Positions 20,160 to 28,283 of a stretch of 64,000 nt of DNA are shown here, in pieces (within the stretch, counting starts at the first letter, position 1; the number at the start of each line of letters is the position of its first letter). Location: NCBI GenBank assembly GCA_031421855.1, contig JANOPN010000198.1, positions 2,397-66,396 on the forward strand. The letters run 5' to 3'. A model generated the notes under the pieces. The model worked only from the letters and a program-made list of their open reading frames with translations. It was not told the DNA's origin and did not search any database. Made by a program: the position numbers and the translations under genes. The DNA comes from Comamonadaceae bacterium. Its GTDB lineage: Bacteria > Pseudomonadota > Gammaproteobacteria > Burkholderiales > Burkholderiaceae_C.

Positions 20160-20194
20160 ATGCGTTCCTTCGAACTACTTTTTTGGATATCCCC

Positions 20195-20632
20195 ATGAAC
20201 ATCAAATTCATCGCAGCCGTTGCCAGCCTTGGCCTCAGCTTCACCGCGTTTGCGCAAAACACCCCGGTTGGCAAATGGCACTCCATTGACGACAAAACCA
20301 AAGAGGCCAAAGCCGAAATCACCATCGTTGATTCGCCAGCGGGCTTGAGCGGTCGAATCACCAAGCGCTTGAGCAAAGACGCCAAGCCTGACGAGGTCTG
20401 TGACAAATGCACCGACGCGCGCAAAGACAAACCGATTCTCGGCTTGGAGATCATCAACGGCGCAAAAAAGGATCCAGATGAAGCCGTTTGGTACGGCGGC
20501 AAGATTTTGGACCCCGAAAACGGCAAAAACTACAGCTTGAAGCTCACGCCAGTCGACGGCGGCAAAACTTTGGCCGTTCGCGGCTCGATTGGCCCCTTTG
20601 GCCGCACGCAAACCTGGGTTCGCGTGCCCTGA
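20195..20632 (+). CDS. DUF2147-family secreted protein
   Basis: Signal peptide MNIKFIAAVASLGLSFTAFAQ. Characteristic GKW..IDDKT, C.KC, GG.ILDPENGK.Y and VRG..GPFGRTQTW pattern. The upstream part of the track ORF (from 19946) overlaps the ACAD gene. Confidence 0.8.
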   Translation: MNIKFIAAVASLGLSFTAFAQNTPVGKWHSIDDKTKEAKAEITIVDSPAGLSGRITKRLSKDAKPDEVCDKCTDARKDKPILGLEIINGAKKDPDEAVWYGGKILDPENGKNYSLKLTPVDGGKTLAVRGSIGPFGRTQTWVRVP

Positions 20633-20717
20633 ACGTCATGTCCGCTGGTTTGGGCGAGTGCGTCTCGCGCCTCGCCCTAGCCAGACCCAACCAATACTCA
20701 ACAGAAACAAAGCCATC

Positions 20718-23117
20718 GTGAACCGATTCAATCCCAAAAAAGTGGCCGTGCTAGGTGCCGGCGTGATGGGCGCGCAAATTGCCGCCCACCTGGTCAACGT
20801 CAAAGTTCCGGTGGTTCTGTTTGACCTCGCTGCCAAAGAAGGCCCAAAAAATGGCATCGTCTCCAAAGCGATCGACGGCCTCAAAAAGCTCAAACCCTCG
20901 CCGCTGGGCGTGGCTGACGATGCCGCCCTGATCGGGCAAGCCAACTACGACGAACACTTGGAGCAGCTCAAAGACTGCGACCTGATCATCGAGGCCATCG
21001 CCGAGCGCATGGACTGGAAGCACGACCTGTACAAGCGCATTGCGCCGTTCATCTCGGCCAACGCCATTTTGGCAAGCAACACATCGGGCTTGAGCATCAC
21101 GGCTTTGGGCGCCGATCTGCCCCTGGAATTGCGCGAGCGCTTTTGCGGCATTCACTTCTTCAACCCGCCACGCTACATGGCCCTGGTCGAATTGATCGCC
21201 ACACCGCACACCGATGCTGTGGTCGTGGACCAGTTGGAGGCGTTCGTGACGACGACACTGGGCAAATGTGCCGTGCGTGCCAAAGACACACCCAACTTCA
21301 TCGCCAACCGCATCGGCATCGCGGGCATGCTGGCCACGATGAAAGAGGCCGAGCAGTTTGGCCTGAGCTTTGACGTGGTGGACGACCTCACCGGCAAAAA
21401 AATGGGCCGCGCCAGCTCGGGCACCTTTCGCACCGCCGATGTGGTGGGTTTGGACACCTTGATGCATGTCGTCAAGACACTGCAAACCCAACTCACTCCA
21501 GAGACCGATCCGTTCTACGGCAGTTTTGGCACGCCACCGGTGTTGGCCAAACTCTTGGAACTGGGCAATTTGGGTCAAAAGGCCAAGGCCGGGTTTTTCA
21601 AGAAAACGGGCCGCGACATTGGCCGGTTTGATTTGGCGACCGCAACTTATGTGCCATCGGGCGACAAAAGCGACGAGGTTTACGCGCGGATGCTCAAAAA
21701 GCCAGCCGCCGAGCGCTTGGCTTTGCTTCGCGGTGCCACCGGCTTGCAAGGCCAGTTTTGCTGGGCCATCCTTCGCGACGGCTTTCATTACGCTGCCGTT
21801 CACTTGGCCAGCATCGCCGAGACCGCCCGCGACGTTGACTTCGCCATGCGCTGGGGCTTTGGCATGAAGCAGGGTCCGTTTGAGCTGTGGCAATCTGCCG
21901 GTTGGCTGGCTGTGGCCAACATGATCAAAGAAGACATCGCGGCGGGCAAAACCCTGTGCAGCGAGCCGCTGCCTGATTGGGTATTTGGTGACGCGGTCAT
22001 TAAAGCCGGTGGTGTTCACAGCGCAAACGGGTCGTTCAACCCCGAAACCGGTCAGTTTGTTGCCGCGCGCAGCAACGCCACGCTTGCGCGCCAGCACTTC
22101 CCGGAAGTCGTTCACGGCTCGAACGCGGTCGGATTTGAGTTTGCGGGCAAAACGCTTCACGAAGATGACGCCGTTCGTTTGTGGACGCTTGACGACGAGG
22201 TCGTCATCGCCAGCATCAAGACCAAAATGCACGCGATCAGCCCTGACGTGGCTGAGGGCCTCAACATGGCCGTCGATTTGGCCGAAAAGTCGTACAAAGG
22301 CGTGGTGATTTGGAGCGGCGACGAGCCCTTCAGCGCCGGTGCTGACTTGCAAGCCATGCTGCCCGCGTTCATGATCGGCGGCCCCGGCGCGGTTGAAGAA
22401 GCCGAGCATGAGCTGCAAAAAACCATGCTCAAGCTGCGCTACGCCAGCGTGCCAGTCGTCAGCGCGATTCGCGGCTTGGCGCTCGGTGGCGGCTGCGAAA
22501 TCGCGGTCCACAGCGCCCGCCGCGTGGCTCACATGGAGAGCTACATCGGTCTGGTCGAGGTCGGCGTAGGCTTGGTACCCGGCGCGGGCGGCTTGACCTA
22601 CATCGCCCGCCGCGCAGCCGAGTTGGTCGCCACGAGCACCAACAAAGACATCCTCGCGTTTTTGACCGAGCCGTTCAAGTGCGCGGCGATGGCCACCGTG
22701 GGCACAAGCGCGCTTGAAAGCCGAAAAATCGGCTACTTGCTCGACAGCGACATCATCGTCGCACACAAAGATGAGCTGCTGTTTGTCGCCATCGCGCAGG
22801 CCAAATCGATGTTTGACTGTGGCTACCGCGCCCCGCATCGCTCGATGATCCCCGTGGCGGGTCGCAATGGCTTGGCCACGATCACCGGCAGCTTGGTCAA
22901 CATGCGCGATGGTGGCTTCATCAGCCAACACGACTTCCACATCGCGCGCCTGATTGCCAATGTGGTTTGCGGCGGCGATGTCGACACCAACACCGTCGTC
23001 ACCGAGGAATACCTCATGGCGCTGGAGCGCAAAGCATTCACTTCGCTGCTCAGCCACCCAAAAACCCAAGAACGCATCATGGGCATGTTGTCCACGGGCA
23101 AGCCTGTTCGCAACTAA
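20718..23117 (+). CDS. Bifunctional 3-hydroxyacyl-CoA dehydrogenase (N-terminal) / enoyl-CoA hydratase (C-terminal), FadB'-type reversed domain order
   Basis: N-terminal Rossmann KKVAVLGAGVMGAQIAAHL. C-terminal crotonase segment VVIWSGDEPFSAGADLQAM ... GLALGGGCEIA. In-frame GTG 20718 gives 799 aa. Confidence 0.88.
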   Translation: MNRFNPKKVAVLGAGVMGAQIAAHLVNVKVPVVLFDLAAKEGPKNGIVSKAIDGLKKLKPSPLGVADDAALIGQANYDEHLEQLKDCDLIIEAIAERMDWKHDLYKRIAPFISANAILASNTSGLSITALGADLPLELRERFCGIHFFNPPRYMALVELIATPHTDAVVVDQLEAFVTTTLGKCAVRAKDTPNFIANRIGIAGMLATMKEAEQFGLSFDVVDDLTGKKMGRASSGTFRTADVVGLDTLMHVVKTLQTQLTPETDPFYGSFGTPPVLAKLLELGNLGQKAKAGFFKKTGRDIGRFDLATATYVPSGDKSDEVYARMLKKPAAERLALLRGATGLQGQFCWAILRDGFHYAAVHLASIAETARDVDFAMRWGFGMKQGPFELWQSAGWLAVANMIKEDIAAGKTLCSEPLPDWVFGDAVIKAGGVHSANGSFNPETGQFVAARSNATLARQHFPEVVHGSNAVGFEFAGKTLHEDDAVRLWTLDDEVVIASIKTKMHAISPDVAEGLNMAVDLAEKSYKGVVIWSGDEPFSAGADLQAMLPAFMIGGPGAVEEAEHELQKTMLKLRYASVPVVSAIRGLALGGGCEIAVHSARRVAHMESYIGLVEVGVGLVPGAGGLTYIARRAAELVATSTNKDILAFLTEPFKCAAMATVGTSALESRKIGYLLDSDIIVAHKDELLFVAIAQAKSMFDCGYRAPHRSMIPVAGRNGLATITGSLVNMRDGGFISQHDFHIARLIANVVCGGDVDTNTVVTEEYLMALERKAFTSLLSHPKTQERIMGMLSTGKPVRN

Positions 23118-23133
23118 TCAGCCGTCAACTCCC

Positions 23134-24339
23134 ATGAAACAACTCACAGAAGCCTACATCGTCGCCGCCACGCGCACCCCGATTGGCCGCTCGCACAAGG
23201 GCAGCTTCAAGCATTTGCGCCCTGACGACTTGCTGGCTCGCGCCATTCGCTCGGCGCTGGCTCAAGTTCCCGGGCTGGACTCCGCTTCGATTGAAGACGT
23301 GATCGCCGGTTGCGCCATCCCCGAAGCACAGCAGGGCTTAAACGTGGCGCGCATTGGCGCGGTTTTAGCTGGGCTGCCCACGTCAGTCGGTGGCATCACC
23401 GTGAACCGCTTTTGCGCCTCGGGCATCAGCGCGGTTCAAATGGCGGCTGATCGCATCCGCGTGGGAGAAGCTGACGTCATGATTGCCGCTGGCTGCGAAA
23501 GCATGAGCATGGTGCCGATGATGGGCAACACGCCGAGCTTGTCGCCCAGCATTTTTGGCAACACCGACAACGTAGACGACTACGGCATTGCCTACGGCAT
23601 GGGCTTGACGGCTGAGAAAGTCGCCAACCAATACCAAGTCAGCCGCGACGCGCAAGACGAGTTTGCCTACAAAAGCCACATGAAGGCCATCGCCGCCATG
23701 AAAGCGGGGCATTTTTCGGCTGAAATCACACCGATCGAAGTGACCGAGCGCAGCGTCAACCTGGACACCACCGAAGTCAGCTTGAACACCAAAATTGTGA
23801 GCTTAGACGAAGGCGCACGCCCTGACACCACGGTCGAGGGCCTGGCCAAGCTGAAGGCGGTTTTTGCTGCTCGCGGCTCGGTCACGGCTGGCAACAGCTC
23901 GCAGACATCCGACGGCGCAGGCGCACTCATTTTGGCCAGTGAATCCGCCGTTAAGCGCTTCAATTTGAAGCCGCTGGCCCGGTTTGTCAGCTTTGCCAGC
24001 AAGGGCGTGCCCCCGCATTTGATGGGCATTGGCCCCATCGCCGCGATCCCGGCTGCGCTCAAATCGGCTGGCTTGCACCTGGACGACATCGACTGGTTTG
24101 AGCTCAACGAGGCGTTTGCGGCGCAGTCCTTAGCCGTCATCAACACCCTGGGTCTCAACCCCGAGCGCGTCAACCCCATGGGCGGCGCGATTGCACTGGG
24201 CCACCCATTGGGCGCCACCGGCGCGATTCGGGCCGCGACCGTTGTCCATGCGCTGCAACGCACGCAAGGGCGCTTCGGCATGGTCACCATGTGCGTGGGC
24301 ATGGGCCAAGGCGCTGCGGGCATTTTTGAGCGCGTTTAG
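23134..24339 (+). CDS. Acetyl-CoA C-acyltransferase (3-ketoacyl-CoA thiolase)
   Basis: AYIVAATRTPIGRS, active-site region VNRFCASGISAV, C-terminal [17 protein letters not shown] and MCVGMGQG. Confidence 0.93.
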   Translation: MKQLTEAYIVAATRTPIGRSHKGSFKHLRPDDLLARAIRSALAQVPGLDSASIEDVIAGCAIPEAQQGLNVARIGAVLAGLPTSVGGITVNRFCASGISAVQMAADRIRVGEADVMIAAGCESMSMVPMMGNTPSLSPSIFGNTDNVDDYGIAYGMGLTAEKVANQYQVSRDAQDEFAYKSHMKAIAAMKAGHFSAEITPIEVTERSVNLDTTEVSLNTKIVSLDEGARPDTTVEGLAKLKAVFAARGSVTAGNSSQTSDGAGALILASESAVKRFNLKPLARFVSFASKGVPPHLMGIGPIAAIPAALKSAGLHLDDIDWFELNEAFAAQSLAVINTLGLNPERVNPMGGAIALGHPLGATGAIRAATVVHALQRTQGRFGMVTMCVGMGQGAAGIFERV

Positions 24340-24344
24340 TCGTT

Positions 24345-24410
24345 TTTTATGAGAAATTAACCATTGGTCACCGGATTCATTGACTTCTATGCTATTTAAT
24401 TAGTAGCAAA
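24345..24410 (-). repeat. Family-A interspersed repeat, copy 6 (core 24362-24395)
   Basis: Reverse complement reads GCTACTAATTAAATAGCATAGAAGTCAATGAATCCGGTGACCAATGG. Confidence 0.85.
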
Positions 24411-24423
24411 ATTGAGATCAAAC

Positions 24424-25242
24424 ATGCATGCCTTAGATCAAGCGCTTCAACTCAAACCCAGCGGCGACGCGCAACTGGGTCATTTTGTTGGGCAACCGCA
24501 TCCGGCTTGGGCCAACTTCATTGGGCCATTTGGCGGCATCACGGCTGCACAAATGTTGCAAGCGGTGCTGCTGCACCCAAGGTGCTTGGGCGAACCGACA
24601 ACGTTGACAGTCAATTTTTGTGCGGCGGTGGCAGACGCGCCGTTTCGCATCGATGCCACGCCGATGCGCACCAACCGATCAACCCAACACTGGCTGATCA
24701 CGCTCAGCCAAGCCGACGAGGTCGTGATCACTGCCACCGCCGTCACCGCCGTGCGCCGCGAAACCTGGAGCGGGCAAAACGCCCCTTTACCTGCCGACCT
24801 CACGCCACCCGAACACGTCGCCGCGCCGGACCCCCGGCTCACGCCGCCGATGGCTTGGCTCAAACAGTACGAGCTTTTGCCACTGGTCGGGTATTTTCCG
24901 CAGTGGAATGGCGAGGAATCACCCGACAGCTTGACTCGCATGTGGGTCCGCCTGCGCGAGCCGCGCCAGCTTGACGCACTCGCACTCACCGGCATTTGTG
25001 ATGTGTTCTTTCCTCGTGTGTTTTTGCGCCGCGCAACCGCTGTGCCCGCCGGAACCGTCAGCATGACGATCTACTTCCACGCCGACGCAGCCGAGTTGGC
25101 AGCGGTCGGCACCGACTATTTGCTCTGCCAAGCCCAAGGCCAGCGATTCAAAAACGGGTTTTTCGACCAAAGCGCTTTAATCTGGGGCCGATCGGGCGCG
25201 TTGCTGGCATCGACGCATCAGGTGGTGTACTACAAATCGTAG
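24424..25242 (+). CDS. Acyl-CoA thioesterase, TesB-like double hot-dog family
   Basis: N-terminal FVGQPHPAWANFIGPFGGITAAQMLQAV pattern typical of thioesterase-like 4HBT_3 proteins. ATG 24424 preferred over TTG 24412. Confidence 0.65.
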   Translation: MHALDQALQLKPSGDAQLGHFVGQPHPAWANFIGPFGGITAAQMLQAVLLHPRCLGEPTTLTVNFCAAVADAPFRIDATPMRTNRSTQHWLITLSQADEVVITATAVTAVRRETWSGQNAPLPADLTPPEHVAAPDPRLTPPMAWLKQYELLPLVGYFPQWNGEESPDSLTRMWVRLREPRQLDALALTGICDVFFPRVFLRRATAVPAGTVSMTIYFHADAAELAAVGTDYLLCQAQGQRFKNGFFDQSALIWGRSGALLASTHQVVYYKS

Positions 25243-25254
25243 CCTGAGATAATC

Positions 25255-25320
25255 CCATTTTGATAGCATCAAACCCAATGAATTCGGTGACCAAAGGCTA
25301 AAAATGCATCAAAATGACCT
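25255..25320 (+). repeat. Family-A interspersed repeat, copy 7 (core 25263-25297)
   Basis: GATAGCATCAAACCCAATGAATTCGGTGACCAAAGGCTAAAAATGCATCAAAATGACC. Its tail contains the SD-like AAAGG and the ATG (25304) of the downstream SDR gene. Confidence 0.85.
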
Positions 25321-26086
25321 CAAACCCAACCCAAGCCGCCCGGTTGCACTCGTCATCGGCGCGGGAGACGCCACTGGCGGCGCAATCGCTGAGCGCTTTG
25401 CTCGCGGTGGCTTTGCGGTGTGTGCGACGCGGCGCGAGCGCTCGCGGCTTGACGCATTGGTCAGCAAAATCGAGGCCGCTGGTCACGTCATCCATGCTTT
25501 TGGCAGTGATGCCCGTGACGAGGCGTCAGTTGTCGCATTGATCGAGCACATCGAGCGCGACATTGGCCCCATTGAGGTTTTGGTGTTCAACATCGGTGCC
25601 AACTCGCCCATGAGCGTGCTGACCGAGACCGCGCGACGCGTCACCAAAATGTGGGAAATGGCTTGTCTGTCGGGCTTTTTGAACGCCCGCGAAGTGGCGC
25701 TGCGCATGGTCAGCCGCGAGAAAATCGACCCCCAAGTCGGCGCGAAACACGTTGGCACCATCATTTTCACGGGTGCGACTGCTTCGCTGCGTGGCAGCGC
25801 CGGGTTTGCCGGTTTCGCCATCGCCAAACACGGGCTGCGCGCCTTGGCCCAAAGCATGGCCCGAGAGCTCGGCCCGCGGGGTATTCACGTCGCCCACAGC
25901 ATCATCGACGGCGCGATTGATACCGAATTCATCCGAAACCTTTTCCCCCAACGCTACGCCCTCAAAGAGCAGCATGGCATCATCGACCCCGCCAGCATTG
26001 CCGAGCAATATTGGCAACTGCACCAGCAAAGCCGCGATTGTTGGACGCACGAGCTTGATCTGCGACCCTACCTCGAAAAGTTTTGA
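25304..26086 (+). CDS. Short-chain dehydrogenase/reductase family protein (atypical: Phe at the catalytic Tyr position)
   Basis: Rossmann VALVIGAGDATGGAIAERFARGGFAV. Active-site region TGATASLRGSAGFAGFAIAKHG, where FAIAK replaces the usual YxxxK. Confidence 0.8.
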   Translation: MHQNDLKPNPSRPVALVIGAGDATGGAIAERFARGGFAVCATRRERSRLDALVSKIEAAGHVIHAFGSDARDEASVVALIEHIERDIGPIEVLVFNIGANSPMSVLTETARRVTKMWEMACLSGFLNAREVALRMVSREKIDPQVGAKHVGTIIFTGATASLRGSAGFAGFAIAKHGLRALAQSMARELGPRGIHVAHSIIDGAIDTEFIRNLFPQRYALKEQHGIIDPASIAEQYWQLHQQSRDCWTHELDLRPYLEKF

Positions 26087-26104
26087 CCATACCCCTTGCG
26101 CACG

Positions 26105-26698
26105 ATGAAAACCATTGAATTTTTCTACGACTACGGCAGCCCAGCCGCGTACTTGGCCTGGGCTCGCCTGCCCCAACTCGTGGCCGATACCGGCGCCGGA
26201 CTTCGCCGCCAGCCCATGCTCTTGGGCGGCGTGTTCCAAGCCACTGGCAACCAGTCGCCCGCCGCCGTGCCCGCCAAAGGCCGCTACACCTTCACAGACT
26301 TCAGCCGGTTTGCCAAACGCTTCAATATTGCCTTCGGCCACAACCCGCACTTCCCCATCAACACCCTCACCCTCATGCGCATGGCTGCGGGCTTGCAGTT
26401 GACCGCACCTGAGCGCTTGGTCGCGTTTGACGCCGCCGTTTTTGACTCAATTTGGGTCAAGGGCGACAACCTCAACGACGCAGGCGTTGCCGGGCAAATG
26501 CTGGCTGCGGCGGGCTTTGACCCTGCCCAAATGATGGCACTCGCCAGCGACACCGCGACAAAAGACCACCTCAAAGCGGCCACCGCTGAGGCTGTCGCGC
26601 GCGGCGCGTTTGGCGCGCCCACTTTTTTCGTTGGCTCCGACATGTTTTGGGGCCAAGACCGGCTGGACTTCGTTGCCGAAGCCGCTAAATCCAACTGA
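26105..26698 (+). CDS. 2-hydroxychromene-2-carboxylate isomerase / DsbA-like thioredoxin-fold protein
   Basis: IEFFYDYGSPAAYLAW N-terminus and C-terminal GAFGAPTFFVG..MFWGQDRLDF. Both are typical of the HCCA isomerase family. Confidence 0.8.
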   Translation: MKTIEFFYDYGSPAAYLAWARLPQLVADTGAGLRRQPMLLGGVFQATGNQSPAAVPAKGRYTFTDFSRFAKRFNIAFGHNPHFPINTLTLMRMAAGLQLTAPERLVAFDAAVFDSIWVKGDNLNDAGVAGQMLAAAGFDPAQMMALASDTATKDHLKAATAEAVARGAFGAPTFFVGSDMFWGQDRLDFVAEAAKSN

Positions 26699-26711
26699 TT
26701 ACCTCCTAAAA

Positions 26712-27482
26712 ATGGCCATGCAAGACATCAAAACCCACATCGAACAAGGCGTTCTCACGCTGACCTTCAACCGCTTAGACAAGAAGAACTCAATCAATGT
26801 GGCCATGTACGCGGCCTTGGCCGAAGCGCTGAGCCAAGCCGTCACTGACCCCGCGATTCGGGTGGTGCTCATCCAGGGCGACGCGACGATTTTCAGCGCT
26901 GGTAACGACATGGGTGACTTTTTAAACAACAAGCCCACGACCACCGAGTCACCTGTGTTTCGGTTTTTGCATGCGCTGGCGCAGTTCCCTAAGCCGTTGA
27001 TCGCGGCGGTTTGCGGGCCTGCGGTCGGCATTGGCACCACCTTGCTGTTTCACTGCGACTTGGTCTACGCGGGGGACAATGCCGCGTTTTCAATGCCTTT
27101 TGTGAACCTTGGTTTGTGCCCCGAAGCCGCCAGCAGCGTGCTCGTGCCGCAAATGCTGGGCTACCACCGCGCCGCAGAAGCGCTGTTGCTGGGTGAGCCG
27201 TTCATGGCAGAAGCTGCCCTTGAGGTCGGCTTGGTCAACCGCGTGCTGGCCCCAACCGAGGCCAACAACTACGCTGCAGGTGTCGCGAAAAAGCTCGCGG
27301 CCAAACCCCTGAGCAGCCTGATCGAGACCAAGCGCCTGATGAAAAAGGGCCAAGCCAAGCTGATCGCCGACGTCATCAACGAGGAAAGCGTCAGTTTTGG
27401 CCGCATGCTGGGCGAGCCGGCAGCCCGAGAAGCCTTGGGGGCATTCATGGAGCGGCGCAAACCCGATTTTTCCAAGGTTTGA
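26712..27482 (+). CDS. Enoyl-CoA hydratase/isomerase (crotonase) family protein
   Basis: LTLTFNRLDKKNS, IFSAGNDMGDF, AAVCGPAVGIGTTLLFHCDLVYA. Confidence 0.88.
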   Translation: MAMQDIKTHIEQGVLTLTFNRLDKKNSINVAMYAALAEALSQAVTDPAIRVVLIQGDATIFSAGNDMGDFLNNKPTTTESPVFRFLHALAQFPKPLIAAVCGPAVGIGTTLLFHCDLVYAGDNAAFSMPFVNLGLCPEAASSVLVPQMLGYHRAAEALLLGEPFMAEAALEVGLVNRVLAPTEANNYAAGVAKKLAAKPLSSLIETKRLMKKGQAKLIADVINEESVSFGRMLGEPAAREALGAFMERRKPDFSKV

Positions 27483-28111
27483 GCAAGGTGTCGAGCCCGC
27501 CAACTCGGCAAATGTCGCTGGCTGAGGCGCAGGCCAGTGGCGAGTTTGTTGCGTTGGCCAGCATCGCAGGCATTCGGGTGGATTTGCGATACGCGAGCCC
27601 GCACAATTTTCTAGGCCGAAACATCTACGGCGACATGGACTGCGCTTGGCTACACCGCGACGCCGCGCTGGCCTTGTCTCGGGCACAAGCGCAACTCAAC
27701 CAACTCGCACCCGGCGCGCAGTTGCTGGTGTTGGACGCGCTTCGACCGCATCGCATCCAAATTGAGCTGTTTGAGAGCCTGCGTGGAACGGGCCTTGAGC
27801 TGTATTTGGCCCCACCTGAGCGAGGCTCGATTCACAGTTTTGGCATGGCGCTTGACGTCACCATCGTCGACGCCAAGGGCTGTGAGGTGGACATGGGCAC
27901 GGGCTTTGATGCCATGGTGTCCGCCTCTCACCCTGAGTTTGAAGCCGCAAGCCTGGCCAGCGGTGAGCTAACCCCGCAACACATTGAGGCGCGTCAACGG
28001 CTGCGGCAAGTCATGACCGGCAATGGCTTTCAGGGCATAAGCACCGAATGGTGGCACTTTGACTGCGGCAACAAAGACCAAATTCGGGCTCAGTACGCTC
28101 GCGTAGACTAA
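27479..28111 (+). CDS. D-alanyl-D-alanine dipeptidase (VanX/DdpX, peptidase M15D)
   Basis: VDLRYASPHNFLG, SIHSFGMALDVTIVD and EWWHFD zinc-site motifs. Start is uncertain: TTG 27479 overlaps the upstream stop, with GTG 27488 and ATG 27512 as alternatives. Confidence 0.85.
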   Translation: MSKVSSPPTRQMSLAEAQASGEFVALASIAGIRVDLRYASPHNFLGRNIYGDMDCAWLHRDAALALSRAQAQLNQLAPGAQLLVLDALRPHRIQIELFESLRGTGLELYLAPPERGSIHSFGMALDVTIVDAKGCEVDMGTGFDAMVSASHPEFEAASLASGELTPQHIEARQRLRQVMTGNGFQGISTEWWHFDCGNKDQIRAQYARVD

Positions 28112-28116
28112 TTAAT

Positions 28117-28218
28117 AGGACTTATGCAAAATTGTCCCAGCAAGGCGCAGCGACGACGACAGTGCGAACAGCACGGCTAGGAGCTGCAACGCGGCTGGGG
28201 TGGTTTTGCGTAAGTCCT
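28117..28218 (+). repeat. 102-nt long-hairpin element (family B), copy B
   Basis: Same architecture as 17185-17286. Lies between the convergent ddpX-like and dacB genes. Followed 3 nt later by family-A copy 8. Confidence 0.9.
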
Positions 28219-28220
28219 AA

Positions 28221-28283
28221 TTAAAATAATAGCAACGAACCCAATAGATCCGGAGACCAAGGGCTGATTTCACTCAAAAAATG
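28221..28283 (+). repeat. Family-A interspersed repeat, copy 8 (core 28229-28262)
   Basis: TTAAAATAATAGCAACGAACCCAATAGATCCGGAGACCAAGGGCTGATTTCACTCAAAAAATG. Ends at the dacB stop codon. Confidence 0.85.

Noticed and set aside
20640-20690. Hairpin GGGCGAG...CTCGCCC after the DUF2147 gene as a terminator
   Set aside because: It has a 7-bp stem with a 12-nt loop and no T-run, and it sits inside an operon directly before the fadB'-type gene. The support is insufficient.
20751-23069. 772-aa minus-strand ORF, the longest in the region
   Set aside because: It is exactly antisense to the FadB'-type gene. It is a stop-poor shadow frame of a GC3-rich gene with no recognisable domains.
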